Source: Candidatus Levybacteria bacterium CG_4_9_14_0_2_um_filter_35_21
GTDB lineage: Bacteria; Patescibacteriota; Microgenomatia; Levybacterales; UBA12049
Direction: 5' to 3'
Length of the DNA stretch: 45,925 nucleotides
NCBI GenBank assembly: GCA_002788395.1
Contig: PFRF01000056.1
Coordinates: forward strand, 1 to 45,925
The translations under genes were made by a program, and so were the position numbers. Under the pieces are notes generated by a model. That model had not been told where the DNA came from. It did not search any database and saw nothing but the letters and a program-made list of their open reading frames with translations. The stretch's first letter is position 1. Each line of letters starts with the position of its first letter. Positions 27,262-38,559 of the stretch are shown here, one piece after another.

Positions 27262-29199
27262 TTAGTTTACTACTTCTCCTTCTACAGGTTCGTCGGCAGA
27301 AGTTTTGCCATCTTCTTCTTTTTCTTCTATTTTTTCTTCTTTTTGACCATTTGTTGTTGATTCCTGATCCTGTGTTGCTCCAGGCTGCTTACCTTGTGCT
27401 GAATCTTTCGAAGCATACATTGCTTGTCCAACTTTTTGCAATGATTCGGAAAGCTCTTTAGTTTTCGTCTCTAAATCTTCCTTCGAACCTGAGTCTAAAA
27501 CTCCCTTAAGGGCAGTTATTTTTTCTTCGATTTCCTTTTTTACATTATCATTAACCTTATCTCCTGCATCTTTAAGTGTTTTTTCTGCGGTAAAAATTAA
27601 TGAATCTGCTGCATTTTTTGATTCAACTTTTTCCTTTTTTTTGGCATCCTCGGAAGCATGCATTTCGGCTTCTTTGGTCATTTTTTCGACCTCTTCTTTA
27701 GTTAGCCCTGTTGATCCGGTAATTTTGATACTTTGTTCTTTTCCGGTCGCTTTGTCTGCTGCCTTAACATTTAATATTCCGCTTGCATCTATATCAAATG
27801 AAACTTCTACCTGTGGTACTCCTCTTGGAGCCGAAGGAATTCCGTCTAAGATAAATCTTCCGAGTGATTTATTGTCTGCAGCCATTGGTCTTTCTCCTTG
27901 CAAGACATTAATTTCTACCTGGGTTTGATTATCTGCCGCTGTTGAAAAAACTTGAGACTTAGAAGTTGGAATCGTCGTATTTTTGGTAATAAGCGGGGTC
28001 GAAACGCTTCCGAGTGTTTCTATTCCTAAAGTAAGTGGAGTTACATCTAATAATAAAACATCTTTAACTTCTCCCCCTAAAACGCCGCCTTGAATTGCTG
28101 CTCCCACTGCAACTACTTCGTCCGGATTAACCGATTTATTAGGCTCTTTGCCAAAGAATTTTGTAACTGATCCAATTACCTTTGGCATCCTGGTCATTCC
28201 ACCAACCAAGATAACTTCATCTATATTGGATTTACTAACCTTTGCATCTTTTAAAGCAACCTCTACCGGCTTTAAGGTTTTTTCTACTAAAGGCTCCACT
28301 ATTTGCTCTAACTTGGCTCTGCTTAAGCTCATTGTTAAATGGAGAGGACCATCTTTACCTTGAGTTATAAATGGTTGGTTAATTTGCGCTTCCTGCGAAC
28401 TTGAAAGTTCGATTTTTGCCTTCTCCGCAGATTCTCTTAATCTTTGTAAAGCCTGCGAATCTTTTCTTAAATCTACACCATTTTCTTTTTGGAATTGATC
28501 CGCGATGTAATCAATAATTACCTTGTCAAAATCATCTCCTCCCAAATGAGTATCTCCGTTTGTTGATTTTACCTCGTAAACTCCGTCTCCTAACTCAAGT
28601 ATGGAGATATCAAACGTTCCACCACCAAGATCATAAACCGCAATCGTGTGGGCATTTTTTTTGTCTAATCCATAGGCCAAAGCCGCTGCTGTTGGTTCGT
28701 TAATTATACGAAGAACCTCAAGTCCTGCAATCTCCCCAGCCTGTTTTGTTGCCTGACGCTGAGAATCGTCAAAATATGCAGGAACCGTAATTACAGCCTG
28801 GGTTACTTTTCCCCCCAAATAAGCCTCTGTATCTGCTTTAATTTTTTGCAAAATTATTGCCGATACTTCTTGAGGAGTAAACATTCTTCCTTCTACTTCG
28901 ACATCGGCCATCCCGTCCCGTCCTGATTTAATTGTGTAGGGAAGCCATTTTGCATCGAATTGAACAGATTCATCTTTAAACTTTTTGCCCATCAATCTCT
29001 TTATTGAGAAAATTGTGGTTTTTGGTTTTAAGACCATTTGTCTTTTTGCCACGTCACCCACGACGTGCGAAATCGGATCCACAACCGAAGGGATTGTATT
29101 TCTGCCTTCCGCCGAATGGATTACTTTTGGACTTCCGCCTTCCATCACTGCTACACAGGAATTTGTTGTTCCTAAATCTATTCCAATTATTTTTCCCAT
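27262..29199 (-). CDS. dnaK: Chaperone DnaK
   Basis: [38 protein letters not shown]. Confidence 0.99.
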   Translation of the reverse strand: MGKIIGIDLGTTNSCVAVMEGGSPKVIHSAEGRNTIPSVVDPISHVVGDVAKRQMVLKPKTTIFSIKRLMGKKFKDESVQFDAKWLPYTIKSGRDGMADVEVEGRMFTPQEVSAIILQKIKADTEAYLGGKVTQAVITVPAYFDDSQRQATKQAGEIAGLEVLRIINEPTAAALAYGLDKKNAHTIAVYDLGGGTFDISILELGDGVYEVKSTNGDTHLGGDDFDKVIIDYIADQFQKENGVDLRKDSQALQRLRESAEKAKIELSSSQEAQINQPFITQGKDGPLHLTMSLSRAKLEQIVEPLVEKTLKPVEVALKDAKVSKSNIDEVILVGGMTRMPKVIGSVTKFFGKEPNKSVNPDEVVAVGAAIQGGVLGGEVKDVLLLDVTPLTLGIETLGSVSTPLITKNTTIPTSKSQVFSTAADNQTQVEINVLQGERPMAADNKSLGRFILDGIPSAPRGVPQVEVSFDIDASGILNVKAADKATGKEQSIKITGSTGLTKEEVEKMTKEAEMHASEDAKKKEKVESKNAADSLIFTAEKTLKDAGDKVNDNVKKEIEEKITALKGVLDSGSKEDLETKTKELSESLQKVGQAMYASKDSAQGKQPGATQDQESTTNGQKEEKIEEKEEDGKTSADEPVEGEVVN

Positions 29200-29286
29200 A
29201 TTTCTCCTAAAATTTTAATATTTTTTTAATTAATTTTCAATATCCTTTTTTGTAATTTTGAATTTTAAATTCTGAATTTTAAATTG

Positions 29287-29766
29287 TTATTGTTGCTTTC
29301 CAACAATAACTTGTGCCGGTCTTAATATTCTATCATATAAAGTGTATCCTGCTTTTATCTCTTCTACCACTTTTCCTTCTCCTTGTCCTTGTCCTGAACC
29401 TGCCGAAGGATCTACCTCTGCCACATGCACACATTCCATTGTATTCGGATCAAAATCTTTTCCCACAGTTTCTATTTTTTTAATTCCTTCCTGCCCAAAT
29501 GCGTCTAAAAATGTTTTTATGCTTAGTATTACCCCTTCGTCTTTAGTGTGCTTCTCTGCCAAAATTAGAGAATCAAGAGCCGGAAGAATGCGTAAGAGTA
29601 ATTGCCTATTTGCTAATTTTACCCACTCTATTTTATCTTCCGCAACTCTTTTTTCTAAATTTTGATAATCTGCCAATGTGCGTTTAACCTGGTGTTCAAG
29701 CTCTTCGTTTTTTTTAATTAGCCCCTGGTCTTTATTCTCCTTTTTTTCTTCATTCTTTTTTTTCAT
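29287..29766 (-). CDS. grpE: Nucleotide exchange factor GrpE
   Basis: ADYQNLEKR, FDPNTMECV, GYTLYDRILRPAQVIV; lies between hrcA and dnaK. Confidence 0.95.
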   Translation of the reverse strand: MKKKNEEKKENKDQGLIKKNEELEHQVKRTLADYQNLEKRVAEDKIEWVKLANRQLLLRILPALDSLILAEKHTKDEGVILSIKTFLDAFGQEGIKKIETVGKDFDPNTMECVHVAEVDPSAGSGQGQGEGKVVEEIKAGYTLYDRILRPAQVIVGKQQ

Positions 29767-29799
29767 TTTAAACTTTTAACTTTAAATTTTTATTTCTTG

Positions 29800-30531
29800 T
29801 TACCACCCTTTTGCTATTTCCTCTATTAAACCTCCAAAATATCTAACGGTAGGTACTACATTCGTATAATCAAGCCTGGTTGGACCAACAACTCCGATTT
29901 CTCCCGAGAGTCTCATTGGGGTCTGATATCTTGTAAAGACAAATCCATATGGACCTTGAAGTCTCGGACCCAATTCTTCACCGATCAAGACATGAATTTC
30001 TTCATCGTCTAAAACGTGAGAAAAAATATCTTTTATATATTCAAACTCATCGATTACGGAAAAAAGACTTTTAGTAACATCTATATCAAAAAATTCCGGA
30101 ACATCAAATATATTAGCATATCCTGCACAAAAAACATTACCGTCATCTGTTGTGGTAATTGCTAAAGATTTTGTTTTATCAGCCAAATTTTTTGTAAGCT
30201 GCTTCAAAAATATCTGTTCCTTATCTCTTACGTCCCAAACATTCTCCTTCAGCCCAACTTCTTCTGCTACGGACAATTCTTTTTCTTTCATAAGCTGTTT
30301 TACATAAAATTTCATTGCCTGTGAAGTTGGAACCCGTCCTGCAGAAGTATGCTGTTGTTTAAGATAACCAAGTTCTGCTAGCTTAACCATCTCGTTTCGG
30401 ATTGTTGCAGGAGATGCGGAAAGATTGTGCTTTTTTTCCAAGGTTTCCGAGCCAACAGCTTCCGCAGTATTAATGTATTCCTCAATAAGATTTCTTAAAA
30501 TTTCTACTTGTCTTTGTGTTAAATCGTGCAT
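29800..30531 (-). CDS. hrcA: Heat-inducible repressor HrcA (short form)
   Basis: IEEYINTAEAVGS, SPATIRNEM, HTSAGRVPT, IGVVGPTRLDY. Confidence 0.95.
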   Translation of the reverse strand: MHDLTQRQVEILRNLIEEYINTAEAVGSETLEKKHNLSASPATIRNEMVKLAELGYLKQQHTSAGRVPTSQAMKFYVKQLMKEKELSVAEEVGLKENVWDVRDKEQIFLKQLTKNLADKTKSLAITTTDDGNVFCAGYANIFDVPEFFDIDVTKSLFSVIDEFEYIKDIFSHVLDDEEIHVLIGEELGPRLQGPYGFVFTRYQTPMRLSGEIGVVGPTRLDYTNVVPTVRYFGGLIEEIAKGW

Positions 30532-30570
30532 ATTCTTGTAAAGATGAATAATACACCCCGCGGTGCGTCA

Positions 30571-30597
30571 TTAGCAGTATAATAACACGACTGCCAA
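30571..30597 (-). promoter_or_regulatory. CIRCE-like operator overlapping the hrcA promoter
   Basis: TTAGCAGTA-N9-GACTGCCAA; TTGACA (30607-30602), 17 nt spacer, TATTAT. Confidence 0.8.
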
Positions 30598-30721
30598 TTC
30601 TTGTCAAGAAGTAAATTTTGATCTACGATGAGAATTTTACATACACGCCTCTGGCGAAAGAGAATTCAATAAAAATAATTATCAGGAAGTAAACTTTCAA
30701 TAATCATGTTAGACTAATTTT

Positions 30722-31054
30722 ATGCGGAAAAAAAGAAAAATTATACCTTTTCTAATTAGTCTTATCTTTTTGGGGATAACTACTTATATTATTGTTAATT
30801 ACCCTCCTACGTTATCATTTTCCATTTTAAATTACAAATTTTCAATTTTTTACATTCTTTTTGTTTCTCTTTTTTTATTTGTAACTTGTTTTGTTGCCTA
30901 TTTTCTTAAAAATTTAAGGCGGGGTTTTTTTACAGCTCTTTTCGTGGCTGGATTTTTATTATTGAATTTTTACAAACTTGGACAACCGATTTTCATAATT
31001 CTTCTTATCACAATCTTCGTAGTTTTAGAGCTTCTCTTTACCAAAAGTAAATAA
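30722..31054 (+). CDS. Small multi-TM membrane protein
   Basis: Hydrophobic 110 aa; TGTTAGACT-N6-ATG. Confidence 0.75.
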   Translation: MRKKRKIIPFLISLIFLGITTYIIVNYPPTLSFSILNYKFSIFYILFVSLFLFVTCFVAYFLKNLRRGFFTALFVAGFLLLNFYKLGQPIFIILLITIFVVLELLFTKSK

Positions 31055-31087
31055 TTAATTAATAAAAATAAATTATTGACAAATATC

Positions 31088-31113
31088 GATTCAATGATTC
31101 AAACTATTAAACT
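31088..31113. promoter_or_regulatory. Degenerate family A palindrome in the promoter of TrpR-like gene 1
   Basis: GATTCAATGATTCAAACTATTAAACT, 21/26 to 5782-5807; TTGACA at 31076-31081; ends 3 nt before ATG. Confidence 0.75.
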
Positions 31114-31116
31114 ATA

Positions 31117-31575
31117 ATGGCAAAAATTTCAAAGCGGATTATCAACAAACACTTAGAGGGTCACATCTTTGAAGTTTTTATAAAAACACTGGCACAAACC
31201 AGTAACCCTGACGAGGTAAAAAATCTTATAGAGGATCTTCTTTCTCCTACTGAAAAAGTGATGCTTGTTAAAAGACTTGCAATCGCGGTTCTATTATCAA
31301 AGGGCTATACTTATAGCCAAATTGATAGCTCCCTAAAAGTTTCTCGTCCCACAATTATGACTGTTTCTTACTGGCTCAAAAATGGAAGAAGTGGTTATAG
31401 AAAAGCTGTAGAAAAAATTTTAAATAACCAGAAAAAGCAGACATTAATTGACGACATTGAGGAAATTGTATTACAGATAACTCCGCCAAAAATACACGAC
31501 AGCATTGCGTTTAAAAAGAAACAAAAACAAGGGAAAGAACTTTTTAAAAAAAAATTTAAAAAGAATTCTCTTTAG
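31117..31575 (+). CDS. TrpR-like (YerC/YecD family) HTH protein 1
   Basis: DLLSPTEKVMLVKRLAIAVLLSKGYTYSQI...VSRPTIMTV. Confidence 0.88.
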   Translation: MAKISKRIINKHLEGHIFEVFIKTLAQTSNPDEVKNLIEDLLSPTEKVMLVKRLAIAVLLSKGYTYSQIDSSLKVSRPTIMTVSYWLKNGRSGYRKAVEKILNNQKKQTLIDDIEEIVLQITPPKIHDSIAFKKKQKQGKELFKKKFKKNSL

Positions 31576-31601
31576 TTCAATGATTTGAATCATTGAACTA
31601 A
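31572..31601. repeat. Palindrome, family A, overlapping the stop codon
   Basis: TTAGTTCAATGATT-TG-AATCATTGAACTAA. Confidence 0.9.
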
Positions 31602-31694
31602 TAGTGAAGTTATTATAAATAATAGTAGAAAAAAGTTGTTGTTAAGATATCCGGCTTCGTTGTTTCATCCCTCCCTTTCTGTTAAAATTAGGCT

Positions 31695-33107
31695 ATGAAA
31701 AAATTTTATATAACAACTGCTATTGATTACGTTAACGACACTATTCACATAGGGCATGCTTTCCAAAAAATTGCAGCTGACAGCTTAGCTCGTTATTATC
31801 GGTTAAAAATTGGAGATGAAAACGTTTTTTTTCTAACCGGAACCGATGAATATGGGCAAAAAACCGAAAAGGCAGCCAAAAGCGCAGGCATTACTCCAAC
31901 TGAATTGGTAAAAAAGATTTCGGATTCAGATCAGAGGCAACAAGATAGTTTAAATATTTCTTACAACCGTTTTATTAGAACAACCGATCCTGATCATATG
32001 AAAGTTGCCCAAAAAATTTGGAAAAAAGTAGATACGTCAGGGGATATTTATCTGGGAGAATATAGCGGGCTTTATTGCGGGGGGTGCGAAGCATATTATA
32101 CCGAAGATGATTTAATAAACGGTCAGTGCCCATTTCATCCGAATCTAAAAATACAAAAAGTTACCGAAGAAAATTACTTTTTCCGCTGGAGTAAATATAA
32201 AGATTTTTTAATTAACTATATTAAAGATAATCCTAATTTTATTTTTCCCAAACACCGTGCCAACGAAATGCTGGAGTTTGCCAAAAACATTAAAGACATT
32301 CCAATCTCCCGCAAGCATTTTAAATGGGGTATTCCTGTTCCGGAGCACCCTGAGCAAGTTATTTATGTTTGGTTTGACGCTTTAATAAACTATATTTCGG
32401 GTATTGGATACTTGGAAAATAAAAAATTATTTGAAAAATTCTGGCCGGCAGATATCCACATTTTAGGCAAGGATAACTTGCGTTGGCACTCTCTTTTATG
32501 GACAGCAATGTTAAAATCCTCCGGAATTGATCTTCCAAAAACAATTATTATTAACGGATTTTTAAATATTAACGGGCAAAAAATTAGCAAATCTTTAGGT
32601 AATGTTATTAAACCAACCGATTGGATAGAAAAATACGGCGCCGATGCAGTCCGTTATTATCTTTTAAGATACACTGTTTTAACCGAAGATGGTGATATTT
32701 CCGAAAAAAAATTAATCCAAGCTTACAACTCCGACTTGGCAAATGGCTTGGGAAATTTATGCTCAAGAGTTGCAAAGCTTGCGGAAAAAGTAGGATTGGA
32801 GATGGAAAATGGGGAGAAAAAATTAGATCCTAAAGTAGAAAAAGCAATCGAAGATTTTCAACTTCATGAAGCTTTAAAAATCATTTGGAGAAAAATAAGT
32901 GAAATAGATAAAAAATTAAATCAGGAAGAACCTTGGAAAATTTTAGACGAAAAAATACTTAAAGAAAAATTAATTAACTACTCAAAGGGAATTGTAGAAG
33001 CAGTTGTTAATCTAAAACCATTTCTCCCTGAAACTGCTAAAAAAATACTAAATCAATATGATGGAAAAATTACTTCCCAACCTCCTTTATTTCCAAGAAT
33101 TAAATAA
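31695..33107 (+). CDS. metG: Methionine--tRNA ligase (short monomeric form)
   Basis: YITTAIDY..HIGH, GTDEYGQK, YVWFDAL, KISKSLGN. Confidence 0.97.
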   Translation: MKKFYITTAIDYVNDTIHIGHAFQKIAADSLARYYRLKIGDENVFFLTGTDEYGQKTEKAAKSAGITPTELVKKISDSDQRQQDSLNISYNRFIRTTDPDHMKVAQKIWKKVDTSGDIYLGEYSGLYCGGCEAYYTEDDLINGQCPFHPNLKIQKVTEENYFFRWSKYKDFLINYIKDNPNFIFPKHRANEMLEFAKNIKDIPISRKHFKWGIPVPEHPEQVIYVWFDALINYISGIGYLENKKLFEKFWPADIHILGKDNLRWHSLLWTAMLKSSGIDLPKTIIINGFLNINGQKISKSLGNVIKPTDWIEKYGADAVRYYLLRYTVLTEDGDISEKKLIQAYNSDLANGLGNLCSRVAKLAEKVGLEMENGEKKLDPKVEKAIEDFQLHEALKIIWRKISEIDKKLNQEEPWKILDEKILKEKLINYSKGIVEAVVNLKPFLPETAKKILNQYDGKITSQPPLFPRIK

Positions 33108-33111
33108 GTTT

Positions 33112-33906
33112 ATGATAGATGCACATTGTCATTTAAATTTTCAGACCTTTGTAAGTGATGTTGAGGAAGTTATAGGAAGAGCAAAAGATAAAGATATAAA
33201 TATTATTAATGTTGGTACCGCTCTCGACTCTAGTAAAACCGCAATTGAGCTTGCCGAAAAATATCCTGGGCTTTATGCAACAGTCGGAATTCATCCTCAT
33301 CATGCAGATAAATTAGAACTCAACTGGGAAGTTGAATTTGAAAAATTGGCAAAACATCCAAAAGTTGTTGCAATCGGAGAAACAGGAATTGACTATTTCC
33401 GTTACGAGTCAAATGGCATTACCAACAAAAATTTACAAAGAAAACTTTTTGCAAAACAAATAAAAATTGCACATAGATTAGATCTTCCTTTAATGATTCA
33501 TAACCGTCAGGCTGGAGAAGATATTTTGAAAGTTTTAAATGAAAATAAACCTCTCTTAAAAAATCTTCCCGGACTTTTTCACTGTTTTTCCGGAGACGTT
33601 GAGTTTTTAAAAAAAGTCTTAAACCTTGGTTTTTATGTTGGTTTTGATGGAAATATAACCTATCCCGGAATTGCCAAAGGAGAAACAACTGCTCTTTTTG
33701 ATCTAATAAAATATGCTCCGATAGATAAAATAATTTCCGAAACAGATTCGCCATATCTAACTCCAATTCCCCACCGTGGAGAAAGAAACGAGCCTTCTTT
33801 TGTAAAGTTTGTTGTGGAATTTATTGCCGAAGTTAAAAATCTTACGAAAAAAGAAGTAGCAGAAAAAACAAGCAAAAATGCTACAAATCTGTTTAGGCTT
33901 TCTTAA
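33112..33906 (+). CDS. tatD: TatD-family nuclease
   Basis: MIDAHCHL, GIHPH, AIGETGID, HCFSG, ETDSPYL; start moved to ATG 33112. Confidence 0.93.
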   Translation: MIDAHCHLNFQTFVSDVEEVIGRAKDKDINIINVGTALDSSKTAIELAEKYPGLYATVGIHPHHADKLELNWEVEFEKLAKHPKVVAIGETGIDYFRYESNGITNKNLQRKLFAKQIKIAHRLDLPLMIHNRQAGEDILKVLNENKPLLKNLPGLFHCFSGDVEFLKKVLNLGFYVGFDGNITYPGIAKGETTALFDLIKYAPIDKIISETDSPYLTPIPHRGERNEPSFVKFVVEFIAEVKNLTKKEVAEKTSKNATNLFRLS

Positions 33907-35121
33907 AAACACTAAGATACCATTTAATATAATTAGGAAGCCATTTAAGTAATTTAAAATTTGACTTACCCTCTTCACGATCTCTCCAGACTGTTGGAAT
34001 TTCAGTAATTTTATATCCTAATTTATGTGCCTTCAACAATATCTCGAGTGAATACTCAAAACCGCTGGTACTTTCAATTTTTATATTTTTAAAAATTTCT
34101 TTTTTATACATCTTATAAGCGTTCGTTGGATCAAGAGTAGAAATTTTAAATATATAATGAAGTGTAAATCCTGCCGTTTTTGACAAAAAAGTTTTTAAAC
34201 GAGGTCCTCCAATTTTTCTTCCCTTTGGCATGTAACGAGAAGCACATATTACATCAAATCCTTCTTGTGATAATTTATACATTTGGTCAATTTGCGTAAT
34301 ATCATCCGATAAGTCTGCCATTAAAACCACAATTACTTCTCCTTTTGATTTTTTAAAACCTGTTCTAATGGCATTCATTACTCCTCTACCATTTCTTGAA
34401 TTATTTTTAATTAGGAAAATGTTTTTTAATTTATTGTTTTTAATGTAATTTGTAGCAATTATTACGGTTGGATCATTATCTAAATCGTATATTATGAGGA
34501 TTTCGCAAGACGTTTTTACTTCCTTCCCAACCTTTGCGCGCTCTTCTCCTATTCCAACACAATTGAATTGACGAACAATCGTATAGGGTAACTTATATTG
34601 TTCCCAAGCACCCTTAGCAAAATATTCACAGGCAAATTTTTGGAATCCATATGTCGACAAGGGTGGAGGTATTTTGGAGACCTCATCTTCTTTTGTCGGG
34701 AATTTATCCGTCAATTCATAAACCATACTCGAAGAAATTACGGTTATTTTTTTCAATTTTTTATTTAAAAATGCATCAATTGCGACGTCAAAAGTAGAAG
34801 CAATAATACGCTCGTTTTCTGCAATAAGATCATAAGCAAATTCATGAAAATAACTAATTCCACCGATTTTTGCCGCACCCGCAATTAGATGATCGCAATC
34901 TTTTAAGAGCTCTTTTAATAATTTTGTATTTTTTATGTCTCCCTTTACAAGGGAATAACGAGGATTTTTATCATAGCTCTTTTCGATTAACCCATATTTG
35001 GAAAAATTATCTATACCAATAACCGTATTTCCCCTCTTAAGTAATTCTTCTACAACATATCCGCCTATAAAGCCTGCAGATCCCGTAACGAGTATTTTTT
35101 GCCTGATTTTCCTTTATTCAT
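33893..35121 (-). pseudogene. Frameshifted NAD-dependent epimerase fused by deletion to a DPM1-like GT2 C-terminal part
   Basis: The frame from 35095 reads ILVTGSAGFIGG...SSSMVYE...YGFQK, but ATG 35121 is out of frame across an A6 run. After GKEVK it switches to GT2 motifs (ADLSDD, ASRY..GG, EIPTVWRDR..GKS). Confidence 0.75.
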
Positions 35122-35258
35122 AGCCCCTTACTAAATATTGATTTTAAGATTGGTATAGTCTAAGATCTTTATGTCAATAAATCAAGCTATAAAGGTAGTC
35201 TTTTAGACATAAGCTTATTGAAAAATCATCAGAAAACGCTCATACTTTATTTTATACA

Positions 35259-36752
35259 ATGACCAGTTTTTTTCAAAAAATTTTTTCTCGTTATCCCGTA
35301 AAAACAACCAGAGTTTTAGAAATAATTCCGGGATTTTTGTCGTGGACACTTATCCTTTTCCCTGTCTGGGGATCACTTCTTATTCCCTACACTGTTGCCT
35401 ATTTTATTCTTTTTTATGACGTTTATTGGTTTTACAAGTCCTTTTCCCTAGTAATTAACTCTTATATTGCTACTAATAAAATAAAAGAGGCAGAACAAAT
35501 AAATTGGCTTAAAAAAGCAGTTGAATTTGAAAACTTTAATAAAATTTCACACGTAGTTGTAATTCCGAATTATAGAGAAACCTTAAATAAACTTAGAGAA
35601 ACTCTAGCTGCAATTTCCGAGCAGACTTTCCCAACAGAAAAAATTTTTATAGTATTGGGAATGGAAGAACGAGAGAAAAATATTAAGGAAAAAGCAAATA
35701 TTTTAATAAATGAGTTTAAAGATAAATTCGGCGATGTTATCGCAACTTATCATCCGGATATCGAGGGCGAAGTTAAAGGCAAATCTTCCAATGAGGCATA
35801 CGCGGGAAAATACGCTTACAAAAAATTAGTTGAGGAAAAGGTTATAGAAATTGATTATGCAACGATTTCTTCCGTTGATGCAGATTCAATTTTTGATAAA
35901 CAATATTTTGCCTACTTAGCTTATTTATTCTTAAAAGACGACAAACCTTACAATAAATTTTGGCAATCTGCCGGAGTTTTTTATAATAACTTTTGGAAAG
36001 TTCCCGCTCCTGTAAGAGTAATTTCTTTTTTTGGTAGTCTTTGGAGAATAGCTGTTTTGGTTCAGAAGGACCGTTTAGTTGCGCATTCCACATATTCACT
36101 CTCTTTTAGAATGCTTCATGAAATCGGCTATTGGGACGTGGACGTAATACCTGAAGATTATAGAGTATTCTATAAAGCATTTTATATGCGTAAAGGGGAA
36201 CTTTGGGTGGAGCCAATTTTTTTAAAGACTTCTATGGATTCTCCGCTTGCCTCGACTTACCTGAAAACTTTAAAGACAAAATATGAACAAGAAGAACGCT
36301 GGTCTTGGGGAGTATCGGATAATCCCGTTTTTATAAAATGGTGGCTGACCGTACCTGATGTCCCTTTTGTCAGAAAAACAATGATGCTTTACCATGTCCT
36401 ACTGGATCACTTACTTTGGCCCGTTAACTGGTTTATTATTACTATTGCTGCAAACGTAATGCCCTTTATAAATCCTATTTTTTCCAGAACTGCTCTTGGA
36501 TACAATCTTCCCAAACTTGCCGGATTTATTCTAACTTTCTGTTTATTTGCTCTTCTTGCTATGATTGTAATAGATTTTAAAAATAGACCAAAAAAATATT
36601 CTGCTTCTATGACAAGACAATTTTTATTTCCGCTTGAATTTATGCTTTTACCCATTGCCGGATTTTTTCTCTCCACACTACCTGCAATAATTTCCCATAC
36701 TAAACTTATGCTTGGAAAAAGGTTAGAATATAAGGTAACAGAAAAAATATGA
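35259..36752 (+). CDS. Membrane GT2-family (processive-type) glycosyltransferase
   Basis: VVIPNYRE, GKSSN, DADS, IPED, QEERWSWG (QxxRW), flanking TMs. Confidence 0.88.
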   Translation: MTSFFQKIFSRYPVKTTRVLEIIPGFLSWTLILFPVWGSLLIPYTVAYFILFYDVYWFYKSFSLVINSYIATNKIKEAEQINWLKKAVEFENFNKISHVVVIPNYRETLNKLRETLAAISEQTFPTEKIFIVLGMEEREKNIKEKANILINEFKDKFGDVIATYHPDIEGEVKGKSSNEAYAGKYAYKKLVEEKVIEIDYATISSVDADSIFDKQYFAYLAYLFLKDDKPYNKFWQSAGVFYNNFWKVPAPVRVISFFGSLWRIAVLVQKDRLVAHSTYSLSFRMLHEIGYWDVDVIPEDYRVFYKAFYMRKGELWVEPIFLKTSMDSPLASTYLKTLKTKYEQEERWSWGVSDNPVFIKWWLTVPDVPFVRKTMMLYHVLLDHLLWPVNWFIITIAANVMPFINPIFSRTALGYNLPKLAGFILTFCLFALLAMIVIDFKNRPKKYSASMTRQFLFPLEFMLLPIAGFFLSTLPAIISHTKLMLGKRLEYKVTEKI

Positions 36753-38221
36753 GAGTATTAAAAAAACTTGAAAAAAAATTTGGGACATGGTTTTTAATTT
36801 TTGTTTCGTTTATCTTTTTTGTATTTCGTCTCCCATCTCTTTTTGAACCATATTGGTATGGAGACGAAGGCATTTATCAAACACTTGGCATTGGCATAAA
36901 TCACGGCAGACTTTTATATAGAGATATTTTCGACAATAAACCTCCTCTTCTTTATCTTCTTTACAGCTTTTTTAGTTCCGATCAGTTCATGGTTAGATTG
37001 GCAAACCTTTTTTTTGGAATTCTGGCGGTAATTATTTTCTTTATTTTAGTAAATAAACTCTTTAAAAGTAAACTATCCGTATATTCATCTACCGGATTCT
37101 TTGCTTTTTTACTTGCCATTCCTTTACTTGAGGGGAATATCGCAAATGCCGAAAATTTTATGCTTTTCCCTTTAATTCTGGCCGGGTATTTAATTTTTTC
37201 TGCCTGTCAAAAATTAAATTATAAAGTTTTTTTTGTTTCAGGACTTTTAGTTGGAATTGCATTTCTTTTTAAAATCGTTGCTATTTTTGATTTTGCAGCA
37301 TTTTTTGTTTTTTTACTTTTTTCGGATATTAATTTTAGATTTTCCAAATTAATAAACAAAAAATATCTTATTTGTCTTTTAGACAAAGCTTTCCTTTTTA
37401 TTCTTGCCTTTTTAGTTCCCATTTCTCTGACTATTTTATTTTTTTATATTTCAGGTGGATTTTCCTACTTTTTAAAAGCAACTCTTTTTTCTAATGTTGG
37501 ATATGTTGGATATGGCAATCGTTTTATAATTCCACAGGGACTTTTGATCCTAAAGCTTTTAATACTCGCTTTTTTTTCTTTTTTTGTTTTTGCAAAAAGA
37601 AAAAGTTTAGAACTGGAGGGGGTATTTATTTTTCTTTGGCTTGGATTTTCTTTATTTAATGCTTTCTTCTCTCAACGACCTTATACACATTATCTTTTAG
37701 TTTTACTACCAAGTTTTTCTCTTTTGATCGGATTTATTTTTACTAATAAAAAATGGCGGAATTCTTCTACTGTTCTTCTTTTGCTAATTGCCTACCTTGT
37801 ATTTAATAATTTTTATCTTTTTAATAAAGTCGTACCTTACTATGAAAACTTTCTAAATTTTGCTGATGGAAAAAAGAGCTTAAGCGCATATCAGGGATTC
37901 TTTGATAGAAGAACCCCAATAGATTATCAGATTGCAGATTATCTTAGACCAAGATTAAAAGAAAATGACAATGTTTTTATTTGGGGTAATAACGCTCAAG
38001 TTTATAAATTATTAGAAAAATTACCACCCGGAAGATATGCTGCTGCATATCATATCTCTAACTATAAAGATGGCATGGATGATACAGCCGGAGGGCTTGC
38101 GAAAAATAAGCCTAAATTTATTATTTTAATGCCAAATGTAAAAGCATATCCTTTTTTACTTTCGGACTTTAAGCAGAGTATTATACTTTACGACGTCTCT
38201 ATCTATGAAAAGATTTTTTAA
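36749..38221 (+). CDS. GT-C (ArnT/PMT-like) glycosyltransferase
   Basis: WYGDEGIY...LYRDIFDNKPPLLY, many TMs. Confidence 0.85.
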   Translation: MRVLKKLEKKFGTWFLIFVSFIFFVFRLPSLFEPYWYGDEGIYQTLGIGINHGRLLYRDIFDNKPPLLYLLYSFFSSDQFMVRLANLFFGILAVIIFFILVNKLFKSKLSVYSSTGFFAFLLAIPLLEGNIANAENFMLFPLILAGYLIFSACQKLNYKVFFVSGLLVGIAFLFKIVAIFDFAAFFVFLLFSDINFRFSKLINKKYLICLLDKAFLFILAFLVPISLTILFFYISGGFSYFLKATLFSNVGYVGYGNRFIIPQGLLILKLLILAFFSFFVFAKRKSLELEGVFIFLWLGFSLFNAFFSQRPYTHYLLVLLPSFSLLIGFIFTNKKWRNSSTVLLLLIAYLVFNNFYLFNKVVPYYENFLNFADGKKSLSAYQGFFDRRTPIDYQIADYLRPRLKENDNVFIWGNNAQVYKLLEKLPPGRYAAAYHISNYKDGMDDTAGGLAKNKPKFIILMPNVKAYPFLLSDFKQSIILYDVSIYEKIF

Positions 38222-38558
38222 AGACATAGTGTCTGATAATATAACACAAAAGGGTTTTTCTGCTTGCTTTATAATTATTTTATTATCGTTTATATATGCT
38301 GTTTTTTATTTTTACAGCTTGCCACCACTTCTTCCCCTTTTTAATCAACTGCCTTGGGGAGAGCAAAGACTTGTGAATACAACAGGAATTTTTATTCCTC
38401 CAATTATAGCTTTTTTAATTTTAACAATAAATTTAATTTTTTCCTCTTTGGTTTATAAAAAAGCCCCCTTGCTTTCCAGAATACTGGCGGTTACAAGTCT
38501 TTTAATATCCGTGCTTACTTTTCTTTTTGTAATTAGAACTGTTCAGGCTGTTTTATAA
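38205..38558 (+). CDS. Small membrane protein (DUF1648-like)
   Basis: LPPLLPLFNQLPWGE loop between TMs. Confidence 0.7.
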   Translation: MKRFFKDIVSDNITQKGFSACFIIILLSFIYAVFYFYSLPPLLPLFNQLPWGEQRLVNTTGIFIPPIIAFLILTINLIFSSLVYKKAPLLSRILAVTSLLISVLTFLFVIRTVQAVL

Positions 38559-38559
38559 A

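Noticed and set aside
3721-31601. Family A palindromes as CRISPR repeats
   Set aside because: The copies are dispersed over kilobases with no regular spacers, and no cas genes are present.
26272-33107. Short HrcA, zinc-finger-less DnaJ and short MetG as novelties
   Set aside because: These are known compact variants, expected in reduced genomes.
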